DNA of 32,000 nt from NCBI RefSeq assembly GCF_029232205.1, contig NZ_CP107255.1, forward strand, positions 780,001 to 812,000, in the 5' to 3' direction. The translations under genes were made by a program, and so were the position numbers. Under the pieces are notes generated by a model, which was not told where the DNA came from, did not search any database, and saw only the letters and a list, made by a program, of their open reading frames with translations. Every line of letters begins with the position of its first letter. Positions within the stretch are counted from its first letter, which is position 1. Source of the DNA: Candidatus Saccharimonadota bacterium (lineage in GTDB: Archaea; Nanohalarchaeota; Nanosalinia; Nanosalinales; Nanosalinaceae). Of the stretch, positions 1 to 9,331 are shown in pieces.

Positions 1-890
1 TCAGAATCAAGCAACTCTACTATCTCCCGCGATTCCCAATCCTCTGGCATTTCTTCCAGCACTTCTGAGGTAAATCTCTGATCGGAAATTTTTCCAGTCC
101 ATAGAGGGCCTGCAACCTTGACTTCTGCACCACAGTGGCCGCATTTATCGACTCTTTCCAGTTTTCTCCATCTACACTGCGGACAGAAGCTCATGTAGCC
201 TATATTCTCCAGAGTTCTGTTTGCTCGGCTCTTTGACTCCGTAACTCTTCCCATCACTCTAGTATAGTGTCTTTCATGCCAGCAAATCTTTGGATCGAAG
301 CATTTGTCGTAGCGAGCGAAGTTCTGGAAGGCCTCCTTAATGTAAATCCTGAGTCCTGTCTCATGCATCAACGCGTTCTTCATCGGAGTAGATCCGTATC
401 TCCTCATGCAGGTCTTCTTGTAGCTTCCAGCAGGAACCGCGTTATCAGTTGCTGTCAGGCCTACAAAGCTCTGGTAGTTAGCTGCTCTGGCCGTGGAATC
501 AAGGTAAGGTGTGAAAGGTCCGAAAGGATCTACATCTATAAGGTGGAAGAAGTTCCTGTTCTCTGAAAGAAAAACGTTGGCGTCGCTTTCAGAAACTTCG
601 GCCTCAATGTCGTTTTCCTCGAGGCCTTTCTCTATACTTTCAATCGCTCTTGGATTAGTATCGTTTAGATGGATGTTGCCCTGGCCTGAGTACCTGAATC
701 CTCGGATGCCCGAGGCTGCTAGCGCGTCGGCAATATTGAACTCTGGCACCTCTACTTTCTCTCTGAAAACCTTCAGTGCGGCCCACGAGATATCCCTGTT
801 GTTCTTCATGTCTTTATTGTAGAACACACTGGAGTCTTTCCCCGGCTCTTCCTCTTCCGGCACGAAGATTTTCAGGCCTCTTTCTTCCAT
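1..890 (-). CDS. trm1: tRNA (guanine26-N2)-dimethyltransferase Trm1, C-terminus cut by window edge
   Basis: Absent from the ORF track because it runs off the window. My manual minus-strand translation from ATG (cat at 888-890) gives MEERGLKIFVPEEEEPGKDSSVFYNKDMKNNRDISWAALKVFREKVEVPEFNIADALAASGIRGFRYSGQGNIHLND...NFFHLIDVDPFGPFTPYLDSTARAANYQSFVGLTATDNAVPAGSY...GYMSFCPQCRWRKLERVDKCGHCGAEV. The D-[VL]-DPFG and TATD motifs plus the CxxC...CxxC zinc knuckle are typical of Trm1. Confidence 0.8.
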   Translation of the reverse strand, partial: MEERGLKIFVPEEEEPGKDSSVFYNKDMKNNRDISWAALKVFREKVEVPEFNIADALAASGIRGFRYSGQGNIHLNDTNPRAIESIEKGLEENDIEAEVSESDANVFLSENRNFFHLIDVDPFGPFTPYLDSTARAANYQSFVGLTATDNAVPAGSYKKTCMRRYGSTPMKNALMHETGLRIYIKEAFQNFARYDKCFDPKICWHERHYTRVMGRVTESKSRANRTLENIGYMSFCPQCRWRKLERVDKCGHCGAEVKVAGPLWTGKISDQRFTSEVLEEMPEDWESREIVELLDS

Positions 891-910
891 GAAGAATAAT
901 ATTCCAGAAA

Positions 911-920
911 CTATTTTTAA
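911..920 (-). promoter_or_regulatory. TATA-like box (TTAAAAATAG on minus strand) about 25 nt upstream of the trm1 ATG; implies a leaderless or near-leaderless mRNA
   Basis: A/T-rich octamer at the canonical archaeal distance from the start codon at 890. Confidence 0.4.
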
Positions 921-980
921 ACCGCAAACCGCAGAGGCCCAACTCTTTTAAATAGAGGTCGGAGAAAAGCTCCTCGTTCC

Positions 981-989
981 TTTTATAAA
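981..989 (+). promoter_or_regulatory. TATA-like box (TTTTATAAA) for the ATP synthase operon
   Basis: Lies about 25-30 nt upstream of the first possible atpH start codons (TTG at 1011, 1023, 1026). A second TATA-like element, TTTTAAATAG, sits at about 946-955. Confidence 0.4.
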
Positions 990-1010
990 CCTTTCAATGC
1001 TCATGTCTAC

Positions 1011-1343
1011 TTGCGGTGGTTTTTGTTGAGTAATGTAGTACAAGAAGTCAAAAAGGCAGAGAAAGACGCCAAATCCATAATCGAAGACGCGGAAGAAAGC
1101 CGCGAAGAAATTCTCTCCGATGCTAGAGAAGAAGCAGAGGACATAGTCGAAAGTAAGAAAGAGAACATGCAGGAGAGAAAGGAGAAGGAACTCAAGAAGT
1201 TCAGAAAAGAAATTGAAGAACAGAAAGACGATATTGTTGAGGAAGGAGAGACAGAAGCCACCGAGATCAAGAATCAGGCCAGCGAAAACACTGAGGAAGC
1301 AAAAGAATTCCTAGAACAGAAATTTGAAGAAGACTTCCTCTAG
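1011..1343 (+). CDS. atpH: A-type ATP synthase subunit H
   Basis: About 105-110 aa all-helical charged protein (VVQEVKKAEKDAKSIIEDAEESREEILSDAREEAEDIV...) at first position of the archaeal atp operon. There is no in-frame ATG, so the start is TTG at 1011, 1023 or 1026 (5' end uncertain). Confidence 0.8.
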   Translation: MRWFLLSNVVQEVKKAEKDAKSIIEDAEESREEILSDAREEAEDIVESKKENMQERKEKELKKFRKEIEEQKDDIVEEGETEATEIKNQASENTEEAKEFLEQKFEEDFL

Positions 1344-3167
1344 GTGGTTAAAATAAAACCAACAGAAATGACCAAAATCTCCGTAACAGGGCCGAAGAAA
1401 TACCTGAAAGATGTTATAGATGAACTTCATTCTCTAAAAATTCTTGACATAGAGTCCTACGACGGAGATCTTGAGACCGGAGAACCTTTCGAAGAGGCCG
1501 AAGACCTTTCACAACTTCTAGTAGACATCAGATCACTTGAATCCAAACTACCTGAACTCGAAGAAGTTGAGGAAGAAGAACTGGATCTGGAGGAAATAGA
1601 GGAAAATATTCCGGAAATCTCATCCAAGATCGACAGACTAACCAGCAAAAAGGAAAGACTGAAGAGAAAAATCTCAGGCCTTAACGACGAAAAAAAGTTC
1701 TTCAAAAGAATAACAGGAACAGGCCTGACCTACGACGATCTTCAGGGATCAGAAAGACTTGAAGTATTCATCGGAGACCTGGACGCAGAAGCGCTAAAAG
1801 AAAAATCTTCCGGGAACTACGAACTACTGGAAGGCCGAAGCACAAACGTTGTAATATATGAGAAAGACTCTGGAATGAAACAAGTCCTGATGGATGTCCA
1901 AGAAAGAAGCTATGAACTTCCGGAAGGAGACTTCTCAGGCACACCTGAAGACATTGTAAACAATACTGAGGCCCGAAAAGAAGAATTCAAAAACGAGATA
2001 GAAACAGTAGAGGCCCAGCTAGAAGAACTAGCAGCTGAATGGAGAGGAAAACTTGAGACAGCAAACGAATACCTCACAGAAAGAATTGAGAAAGCCGAGG
2101 TCCCTCTCCAATTCGGTACTACAGAAAACACATTCATTATAGAGGGATGGATTCCTTCCGACTCATACACACAGTTCGAGGAAGAAGTCGCAGAAGTAAC
2201 AGAAGGAAAAGTCCACATCCAGAAAGAGGAAGGAGAAAATCCTCCGGTTCAGCACGACAACAACCGTTTCGTGCAGCCATTCGAATCACTTACAGATCTG
2301 ATGGCGGTTCCAAAACACAACGAACTGGACCCATCCATCGTACTGATGCTTACATTCCCACTTTTCTTCGGATTCATGATCGGAGACGCAGGATATGGCC
2401 TGACATCACTCGCAGTATTCTACGGAGGAATGAAAGTATTCCCAAAGGCCTCCGACATGTTCAAGTCACTGATGTACGCATCAGTCGCCACATTCCTATT
2501 CGGCCTCGCATTCGGTGACGCCTTCGGATACGTCATATTCGGCCACCACTCCGAGCTAGCCGCAGTAACGGGAATACATCTATTTGAACAGATTCCAATT
2601 CTGTGGCACAGAGCCGAACACCTAGGCCAAGTATTCACAATTTCAGCAATCATCGGCCTGGTGCACGTCAACCTAGGATATCTTATCGGAGTCTACAACG
2701 AGACAATCAGGCACGACTTCAAACATGCCTTCCTAGAGAAAGGAAGCTGGCTAATGCTTGAAGCCGGAGCACTACTATGGTACTTCCAGGGCGCAACAGT
2801 AGGAGCACCAGTCACACTTATCGCACTGGCAACACTCTGGACAGGAGAAGGAGTAGAAGGAATAGTCGAAATCCCATCACTACTCTCAAACATCCTATCC
2901 TACCTAAGAATATTCGGAGTATCAGTAGCAGCAGTCTCACTAGCCGCAGTAGTAAACTCAATGGCCAACCCACTGCTTACATCAGGCAGCGTAATCGGCC
3001 TGGCAGCAGGAATAGGACTGCTAATCTTCGGACACGTATTCAACACATTCATCAAAATCATGGAAGGCTTCCTTCAAGGAATACGTCTTCACTACGTGGA
3101 GATGTTCGGAAAATTCTACGAAGGAGGCGGTAAAAAATACGCTCCATTCGGAGCAAAGGAACCATAG
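1344..3167 (+). CDS. atpI: A-type ATP synthase subunit I (membrane a-subunit/stator)
   Basis: 607 aa. The N-terminus MVKIKPTEMTKISVTGPKKYLKDVIDELHSLKILDI follows the pattern I recall for haloarchaeal AtpI N-termini. A soluble coiled-coil N-terminal half is followed by a multi-TM C-terminal half containing the LSYLRIFG(V) motif with the essential Arg. GTG start directly after the atpH stop (TAGGTG). Confidence 0.93.
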   Translation: MVKIKPTEMTKISVTGPKKYLKDVIDELHSLKILDIESYDGDLETGEPFEEAEDLSQLLVDIRSLESKLPELEEVEEEELDLEEIEENIPEISSKIDRLTSKKERLKRKISGLNDEKKFFKRITGTGLTYDDLQGSERLEVFIGDLDAEALKEKSSGNYELLEGRSTNVVIYEKDSGMKQVLMDVQERSYELPEGDFSGTPEDIVNNTEARKEEFKNEIETVEAQLEELAAEWRGKLETANEYLTERIEKAEVPLQFGTTENTFIIEGWIPSDSYTQFEEEVAEVTEGKVHIQKEEGENPPVQHDNNRFVQPFESLTDLMAVPKHNELDPSIVLMLTFPLFFGFMIGDAGYGLTSLAVFYGGMKVFPKASDMFKSLMYASVATFLFGLAFGDAFGYVIFGHHSELAAVTGIHLFEQIPILWHRAEHLGQVFTISAIIGLVHVNLGYLIGVYNETIRHDFKHAFLEKGSWLMLEAGALLWYFQGATVGAPVTLIALATLWTGEGVEGIVEIPSLLSNILSYLRIFGVSVAAVSLAAVVNSMANPLLTSGSVIGLAAGIGLLIFGHVFNTFIKIMEGFLQGIRLHYVEMFGKFYEGGGKKYAPFGAKEP

Positions 3168-3204
3168 AGTTCCATAATCTATATTTTGAGGTGAAAACCA
3201 CACA

Positions 3205-3423
3205 ATGGCAGTATCAGGACTTACAGCAATCGGTGCAGGACTCGCAATCGGAATCTCCGCACTTGCAACAGCCTGGGCACAGGCAAAGATCGGATCAGCA
3301 GGTGTAGGAGCTCTAGCAGAAGATGACAGCCTATTTGGATCAGTGCTTATCCTTACAGCACTACCAGAAACAATCGTCATCTTCGGACTAGTAGTCTCAC
3401 TGGTTGTTACAGGATTCATATAG
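3205..3423 (+). CDS. atpK: A-type ATP synthase subunit K (proteolipid c subunit, single hairpin)
   Basis: 72 aa with two TM helices and the conserved carboxylate in LPETIVIFG. GAGGTGA Shine-Dalgarno box at 3188-3194, 10 nt before the ATG. Confidence 0.93.
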   Translation: MAVSGLTAIGAGLAIGISALATAWAQAKIGSAGVGALAEDDSLFGSVLILTALPETIVIFGLVVSLVVTGFI

Positions 3424-3434
3424 AAAAACCCACA

Positions 3435-3455
3435 GAAGGGCCATCAAGGCCCTTC
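3435..3455 (+). promoter_or_regulatory. Perfect 8-bp stem / 5-nt loop hairpin (GAAGGGCC-ATCAA-GGCCCTTC) 12 nt after the atpK stop
   Basis: Inverted repeat read directly: 3435-3442 is complementary to 3448-3455. It lies in the 82-nt atpK-atpE spacer and is followed by the A/T-rich CTTATTTAACAC. Confidence 0.55.
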
Positions 3456-3505
3456 CAAACTTCACTTATTTAACACATACAACAACACAACGAGGAAAAA
3501 GTACT

Positions 3506-4045
3506 ATGGCACTTGAAGACGTGAAATCAGAAGTATTGAACGATGCTGAAGAAAAAGCAAACAAGATAGTAGACGAAGCTGAGGAAGAAGCAGAAGAAAT
3601 CAAAGAAGAAGCAAGAAAAGAAGCAGAAGAAATAGAGGAAAAAGTCAAACAGGAAATTGAAGAACAGAAATCCTCAATAGAAAAAGAAGGCCTTGCCAAC
3701 GCAAGAATGGAGGCCAAGCAGAAGAAGCTGCATGCCAAACAGGAAGCACTGGAAGAGGCCTTCGAAGAATTCAGAGAAGACCTATCAGAAAAAGTATCAG
3801 ACAACAGAGAGGCCTTCCTTGAGAACTGTGTTGAACAGGCAGAGTTCGAGGTATGTGCAGTTCAGGCATCCGAAGAATTTGAGGACGCAGTCGACGATCT
3901 AGGATATGACTACGAGGAACTCGATGAGGAAGGAGTAATTGTAGTATCTGAGGACGGCCTCAAAAGACTGAACTTCAAACTTGACAAAATCGTGGAAAAC
4001 TACCGTGAAAACTACAGAAACCAGGTAGCGGAGAAACTTTTCTAA
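3506..4045 (+). CDS. atpE: A-type ATP synthase subunit E
   Basis: The ORF-track frame opens at 3404, but that would overlap atpK and read through the hairpin. The ATG at 3506 (MALEDVKSEVLNDAEEKANKIVDEAEEEAEE...) gives a 179-aa product with a typical charged N-terminal helix and globular C-terminus. Operon position fits. Confidence 0.88.
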   Translation: MALEDVKSEVLNDAEEKANKIVDEAEEEAEEIKEEARKEAEEIEEKVKQEIEEQKSSIEKEGLANARMEAKQKKLHAKQEALEEAFEEFREDLSEKVSDNREAFLENCVEQAEFEVCAVQASEEFEDAVDDLGYDYEELDEEGVIVVSEDGLKRLNFKLDKIVENYRENYRNQVAEKLF

Positions 4046-5065
4046 GTGAGATATATGGCCCTAGGAACACAGAAAGACTACCCATACATGTACGCCCGCG
4101 TCAGCGCGAAGAAAGCAAAACTTCTCGACCAGAGCGACTACGAGAACCTGATGAAAATGGGCGCAAACGAAATATCCAGAAACCTCCAGGAAGGAGAATA
4201 CAAAGAAGACATCGACGCCCTAGGGTCAAACTACGAAGGAGTAAGACTTGTAGAACTAGGCCTATCCAGAAACCTGGCCCGATCACTATCCGAAATAGTA
4301 GACCTAGCACCAGAAGGCCTCAGCAAAGTCCTCCAAGCATACCTCAGAAAATACGATATTCTGAGCATCAAAAGACTTCTCAGATGGAAACTGAGCGAGA
4401 ACGAAGACCTTGATATCCAGGCCATTCTCACACCAGTATCCAGCTTCACATACAAAGACCTCAAAGAACTTTCAGAAATGGAATTCGAACAGATAATTGA
4501 GGAAATCAGCTTCGAATCCGTCATCAACTACACAGAATACCTTGAAGATGCAGAAACAGTATCAGAAGTTGAGACAGCTCTAGACCAGGCCTACTTCGAC
4601 GAACTAGAATACCTGGCAAAAAAGGTCAACAGCAAAGAGTTCAAGGATTTCCTGAAAAGAGAAATGGAACACCAGAACCTGACCGTGGCCCTCAGACTGA
4701 AGAAACACGAAGTAGAGAAAGAAGAGATCAGATCAAGAATGATCGAAAACGGAGGATCAAAGATTGTAGAGAACGTGATCGAGGCCGAAGATCTAGAGGC
4801 CGCAGTAAATACCCTGGCCGAAGAAGAAATGATCAGCTCAACAGATGAGGAACTGGAAGAGATAGAAAGAGAACTTGAGGTAAACAGGCTTCAGAGAGCG
4901 CTTAGAATGCTGCACACAGAACCCCTAGGCCTGACATCAATCATCGGCTACATTATTGCAAAAATTACAGAAGTAGAGAACTTGAGAATGCTGATCAGAG
5001 CCAAAGAAACAGGCATTCACAATATCGAAACCATTAGGAGAAACTTGGTTGTTTCAGAAAGGTGA
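4046..5065 (+). CDS. atpC: A-type ATP synthase subunit C (V-type d homolog)
   Basis: 339 aa; YPYMYARVSAKKAKLLD...NLRMLIRAKE is typical of AtpC. The start is either GTG 4046 (abutting the atpE TAA) or ATG 4055. Confidence 0.9.
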   Translation: MRYMALGTQKDYPYMYARVSAKKAKLLDQSDYENLMKMGANEISRNLQEGEYKEDIDALGSNYEGVRLVELGLSRNLARSLSEIVDLAPEGLSKVLQAYLRKYDILSIKRLLRWKLSENEDLDIQAILTPVSSFTYKDLKELSEMEFEQIIEEISFESVINYTEYLEDAETVSEVETALDQAYFDELEYLAKKVNSKEFKDFLKREMEHQNLTVALRLKKHEVEKEEIRSRMIENGGSKIVENVIEAEDLEAAVNTLAEEEMISSTDEELEEIERELEVNRLQRALRMLHTEPLGLTSIIGYIIAKITEVENLRMLIRAKETGIHNIETIRRNLVVSER

Positions 5066-5073
5066 AAGAAAGG

Positions 5074-5397
5074 ATGACAGAAAACGACGACATGGAGAAG
5101 AGAAATCTTGCAGTAATCGGAGACCAGGACTTCACACTTGGCTTCCAGCTAGCAGGAGTTCAGAAAGTATTTGAAAAAGGAGACTACCAGAAGAAGATTC
5201 AGGAACTAACAAGCAGAGAGGACATCGGAATTCTGGTAGTTAAAGAGGAAGATCTACACGATCTACCTAAAAGAATTAGAAAAGACATCAGCAACTCAGT
5301 CGACCCTGTTGTAGTACCGCTTTCCGAAGAAGCAGAAAGTGAGAGACTACAGGAAAAAATCAAGAAAGCAATTGGAGCAGACGTAACTCCAGAATAA
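5074..5397 (+). CDS. atpF: A-type ATP synthase subunit F
   Basis: LAVIGDQDFTLGFQLAGV motif. The ORF track starts at GTG 5062, but AAGGTGA at 5059-5065 sits 8 nt before ATG 5074, matching the SD spacing seen for atpK, atpA and atpB. I therefore prefer 5074 (107 aa). Confidence 0.88.
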   Translation: MTENDDMEKRNLAVIGDQDFTLGFQLAGVQKVFEKGDYQKKIQELTSREDIGILVVKEEDLHDLPKRIRKDISNSVDPVVVPLSEEAESERLQEKIKKAIGADVTPE

Positions 5398-5426
5398 AAA
5401 TTCATACTATAAGGTGAACAAACAAA

Positions 5427-7163
5427 ATGGCAGACGGTGAAATTTACAAAGTAGCAGGCCCGGTGGTTATCGCTACCGGCATGGACCCTCAGATGTACGA
5501 CGTAGTTAAAGTCGGCGACGAGGGACTCATGGGAGAAGTTATCCAAATCGAAGGAGAAAAATCATACATACAGGTCTACGAACAGACAACCGGAGTAAAA
5601 CCCGGAGAACCAGTGAAGAACACTGAAGAACCACTAAGCGTAGAACTAGGCCCAGGACTACTCGGCTCAATCTACGACGGACTTCAGAGACCTCTACCAG
5701 TACTGCAGAACATGACCGGAGACTTCATCGAAAGAGGAGAGGACGCACCAGGAATCGACGATGAAGAAGAATACGACTTCAGACCAACAAGAGAAGAAGG
5801 AGACGAAGTCACACCCGGAGACGTAATCGGAAAAGTAGACGTAGACTTCGGAACACACAAAGTAATGGTCCCCCCAGGAAGCGAAGGAGGAACAATCAAA
5901 GAAATCCGAAGCGGAGAACACACAGTCAAAGAAACAGTCGTCGAACTAGAAAACGGCGAAGAAATCCAGATGCGACAGGAATGGCCTATCAGACAGCCAA
6001 GAGAAGAAGACGAAAAACTCAAACCAGAAGTACCACTGATCACAGGCCAGAGAGTACTCGACGGATTCTTCCCAATCGCCAAAGGAGGAACAGCAGCAAT
6101 CCCAGGCCCATTCGGATCAGGAAAAACAGTAACACAGCAGAGCCTCGCAAAATACTCCGACGCAGACATCATCGTCTACATCGGATGCGGAGAAAGAGGA
6201 AACGAGATGACAGAAGTCCTCGAAGAATTCCCAGAACTAGAAGACCCACAGACAGGCGACAAGATCATCAACAGAACAGTACTGATCGCAAACACTTCAA
6301 ACATGCCTGTAGCAGCAAGAGAAGCATCAATCTACACAGGAGTAACAATAGCAGAATACTTCAGAGACATGGGCCTCGACGTAGCCCTGATGGCAGACTC
6401 AACATCACGTTGGGCAGAAGCCATGCGTGAAGTATCCGCAAGACTAGAAGAAATGCCTGGAGAAAGAGGATACCCAGCATACCTGGCCTCAAGACTCGCA
6501 GAATTCTACGAAAGAGCAGGAAGAGTCAAACCTCTAGGCCCTGAAGACCCAGGATCTGTCTCCATCATCGGAGCAGTAAGTCCTCCAGGAGGAGACTTCT
6601 CGGAGCCTGTAACCCAGAACACTTTGCGTGTAGCAAAGAACTTCTGGGCTCTTGACGCAGACCTAGCAGAGAAGAGACACTTCCCATCAATCAACTGGGA
6701 TGACTCTTACTCAGGTTACAGCGACAAGCTTATCGAACACTTCCAAGACGAAGTAGACGACGAATGGGCTGAAAACATTCAAGAAGCCAAAGACCTACTT
6801 CAAAAGGACGGAGAACTTCAGGAGACTGTACAGCTCGTAGGTAAAGACGCACTACCAGACAGAGAAAGACTCACACTGGAGATCGCAAACATGGTTAAAC
6901 AGTTCTACCTACAGCAGAACGCATTCCACCCTGTAGATGAGTACTCAGAACCAGAGAAAACCCACGAAATACTCGACCTGATCCTTGACTGGGGTAACGA
7001 GGCCTATCAGGCCCTTGAAGACGGAGCCCTTGTTGAGGACATCATCAGTCTCGACTCCAAGAACAGAGTCAGCGAAGTAGCAACCTCAGAGGAATACCTG
7101 GAAACAGTTCAGGATATCAGAGAACAAATGGATGAGGAATTTGAAGAGGTAGTCGAGGAGTAG
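5427..7163 (+). CDS. atpA: A-type ATP synthase catalytic subunit A
   Basis: 578 aa with Walker A GPFGSGKT. The non-homologous insert region and the SRWAEALRE-like motif ([12 protein letters not shown]) are present. AAGGTGA at 5411-5417. Length is normal, so no intein. Confidence 0.97.
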   Translation: MADGEIYKVAGPVVIATGMDPQMYDVVKVGDEGLMGEVIQIEGEKSYIQVYEQTTGVKPGEPVKNTEEPLSVELGPGLLGSIYDGLQRPLPVLQNMTGDFIERGEDAPGIDDEEEYDFRPTREEGDEVTPGDVIGKVDVDFGTHKVMVPPGSEGGTIKEIRSGEHTVKETVVELENGEEIQMRQEWPIRQPREEDEKLKPEVPLITGQRVLDGFFPIAKGGTAAIPGPFGSGKTVTQQSLAKYSDADIIVYIGCGERGNEMTEVLEEFPELEDPQTGDKIINRTVLIANTSNMPVAAREASIYTGVTIAEYFRDMGLDVALMADSTSRWAEAMREVSARLEEMPGERGYPAYLASRLAEFYERAGRVKPLGPEDPGSVSIIGAVSPPGGDFSEPVTQNTLRVAKNFWALDADLAEKRHFPSINWDDSYSGYSDKLIEHFQDEVDDEWAENIQEAKDLLQKDGELQETVQLVGKDALPDRERLTLEIANMVKQFYLQQNAFHPVDEYSEPEKTHEILDLILDWGNEAYQALEDGALVEDIISLDSKNRVSEVATSEEYLETVQDIREQMDEEFEEVVEE

Positions 7164-7175
7164 AGGTGATCAACA

Positions 7176-8573
7176 ATGAGCCAACAAGAAGAATACAAGA
7201 CAATTAACGAAGTTAAAGGACCTCTCGTATACGTAGAGAAAACCCGAGACATCGCCTACGGAGACATCGTAGAAATCGAAACACCAGACGGCGAAACAAA
7301 GAGAGGAGAAGTACTCGAAACCAGCAAAGACGTAGTAGTCGTGCAGGTATATGAGGAAACACAGGGAATCGGAAGAGACGCACACGTCAAGTTCCTGGAC
7401 CAGAACGTCAAGATGCCAGTAACAGAAGACCTACTAGGCAGAATCCTTGACGGAACAGGAGACCCAATCGACGATGGCCCAGAAATCATCCCTGAAGAAG
7501 AAAGAGATATCCAGGGAGAGGCCATCAACCCATACAGTCGTGAACTACCAGAGGACTTCATCCAGACAGGAATCACAACAATCGACCTGATGAACACACT
7601 GGTCCGCGGGCAAAAGCTTCCAATCTTCTCAGGATCAGGCCTACCACACAACGAACTATCAATGCAGATCGCACGACAGGCCGACACAAAAGGAGAAGAC
7701 ACAGAGTTCGCAGTAGTATTCGCAGGAATGGGTATTACAGACGAAGAATCCAAAGAATTCATCGAAGAATTCAGAGAGACAGGAGCACTGGAAAGATCCG
7801 TTGTATTCCTGAACAAGGCCGACGACCCAGCACCTGAAAGACTGATCACACCAAGACTTGCACTCACAACAGCAGAATACCTTGCATTCGAGAAAGGAAT
7901 GGAAGTTCTGGTCGTCATGACAGACATGACAAACTACTGTAACGCACTGAGAGAAGTCTCAGCAGCAAGAGAAGAAGTACCAGGCCGAAGAGGATACCCA
8001 GGATACATGTACACAGACCTGGCAGAACTCTACGAAAGAGCAGGAATTATCGAAGGCAGACAGGGGTCAGTCACACAGATTCCGATCCTGACAATGCCTA
8101 ACGACGACAAAACACACCCTATCCCTGACCTCACAGGATACATTACAGAGGGCCAGATCGTAGTAGACAGAGACCTAGACAACAAAGGAATCAAGCCACC
8201 GGTCAACGTCCTTCCATCACTTTCCCGACTGATGGACAACGGAATCGGAGAAGGATTCACACGTGAAGACCACGGAGACGTTTCAGACCAGCTCTATGCA
8301 CTCTACGCAGAAGGAGAGAACCTCAGAGACCTGGTATCGATTGTCGGAGAGGACGCACTATCCGAAAGAGACGAAAAAGTCCTCGAATTCACAAGACAGT
8401 TCGAACAACAGATCATCAACCAGGGAACAAGAACCAACAGAGACATCGAGGAATCGCTCTCAGTCGCATGGGACATCCTATCAATCGTTCCAGAAGGAGA
8501 ACTCACAAGACTCGACCCAGAAACCAGAGAAAAGTACCTACCAGACCAGGAAGAGGACGAAGACGAGGAGTAA
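7176..8573 (+). CDS. atpB: A-type ATP synthase subunit B
   Basis: 465 aa with typical [44 protein letters not shown] at 7163-7170. Acidic C-terminal tail QEEDEDEE. Confidence 0.97.
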   Translation: MSQQEEYKTINEVKGPLVYVEKTRDIAYGDIVEIETPDGETKRGEVLETSKDVVVVQVYEETQGIGRDAHVKFLDQNVKMPVTEDLLGRILDGTGDPIDDGPEIIPEEERDIQGEAINPYSRELPEDFIQTGITTIDLMNTLVRGQKLPIFSGSGLPHNELSMQIARQADTKGEDTEFAVVFAGMGITDEESKEFIEEFRETGALERSVVFLNKADDPAPERLITPRLALTTAEYLAFEKGMEVLVVMTDMTNYCNALREVSAAREEVPGRRGYPGYMYTDLAELYERAGIIEGRQGSVTQIPILTMPNDDKTHPIPDLTGYITEGQIVVDRDLDNKGIKPPVNVLPSLSRLMDNGIGEGFTREDHGDVSDQLYALYAEGENLRDLVSIVGEDALSERDEKVLEFTRQFEQQIINQGTRTNRDIEESLSVAWDILSIVPEGELTRLDPETREKYLPDQEEDEDEE

Positions 8574-8614
8574 AATCCTCACCTTCCACCTACCTTCCTA
8601 AAAAGGTGTAAAAA

Positions 8615-9244
8615 ATGTCACAAGACGTCAAACCAACCCGATCAGAAGAACTCCGACTCAAGGAGAGAATCAACCTAGCCGAAAACGGCCACGAGATCCT
8701 GGAAAAGAAAAGAGACGGCCTAATCCACGAATTCATGGAAATAATCGGAGACGCAAGAGACGTAAACCAGGAACTAGCCAACATCTACTCACAGGCCCGA
8801 CTCAAACTTCTCCTAGCCAAAGTCTACGACGGAGAAGACACACTAATGGCCAACACACTCCACGTAGAAAACGAGCCAGAAATCAGGTCAGAAACACAGA
8901 ACATCATGGGAGTAGTAGTGCCAGAAATCGAATCAGAACAAGTAACCAGAACAGTAACAGAAAGAGAATACGGCCTGACAACATCAACCTCCAGAATCGA
9001 CTCAGTAGCCGATAAATACGAAGAACTGATCGAAAAAATAATTGAGGCCGCAGAAACACAGACCAAGGTACTCAAACTTCTGGACGAGATCGAGAAAACA
9101 AAGAGAAGAGTAAACGCACTCGAACACAAGACAATTCCAGAGATGAAAGAAGACCTTGACTACGTATCACAGACACTGGAAGAAAGCGAAAGAGAAGAAA
9201 CCTTCCGCATGAAAAAAGTCAAGGAAATGTCAGAAGAAGCCTGA
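8615..9244 (+). CDS. atpD: A-type ATP synthase subunit D (central stalk)
   Basis: 209 aa. N-terminal VKPTRSEELRLKERINLAENGHEILEKKRDGL and C-terminal TKRRVNALEH helices are typical of AtpD. AAGGTG at 8603-8608. Confidence 0.93.
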   Translation: MSQDVKPTRSEELRLKERINLAENGHEILEKKRDGLIHEFMEIIGDARDVNQELANIYSQARLKLLLAKVYDGEDTLMANTLHVENEPEIRSETQNIMGVVVPEIESEQVTRTVTEREYGLTTSTSRIDSVADKYEELIEKIIEAAETQTKVLKLLDEIEKTKRRVNALEHKTIPEMKEDLDYVSQTLEESEREETFRMKKVKEMSEEA

Positions 9245-9290
9245 AAAAGGCCTTCCAACCCTCATATCTTATCCCCTATTTTTCTCACCC
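9245..9290 (+). terminator. Probable operon 3' end: AAAAGGCCTTC motif followed by T5 tract (9279-9283) and TTTTTCTCACC
   Basis: An oligo-T run after the last atp gene fits intrinsic archaeal termination. The same motif series recurs after the gene ending at 22592. Confidence 0.4.
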
Positions 9291-9331
9291 TGTACTTTAT
9301 TGCCAGCAAATCCAAACAGTTCTCTAGAAAT

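Noticed and set aside
2147-2518. Arg-rich alternative-frame ORFs on the sense strand inside atp genes (2147-2518, 2777-3133, 5981-6430, 8263-8601).
   Set aside because: They are +1/+2 frames of confidently identified ATP synthase genes. Their composition (R/S/T/P-rich) contradicts the acidic proteome.
3404-3505. N-terminal extension of atpE proposed by the ORF track (start at 3404).
   Set aside because: It would overlap the atpK 3' end and translate through the intergenic hairpin with an atypical basic sequence. The ATG at 3506 yields a canonical subunit E N-terminus.
5427-7163. Checked atpA for an intein or a programmed frameshift.
   Set aside because: The frame is continuous at 578 aa with all motifs contiguous. 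The length is normal for an intein-free subunit A.
7256-7927. 223-aa minus-strand ORF inside atpB. Similar long antisense ORFs occur at 5684-6172, 12442-13017, 15390-15983, 23286-23960 and 26839-27459.
   Set aside because: These are Ser/Leu/Cys-rich shadow frames opposite well-supported GAA/GAG-rich genes, with no motifs. They are a typical artefact of stop-codon depletion antisense to acidic coding sequence.
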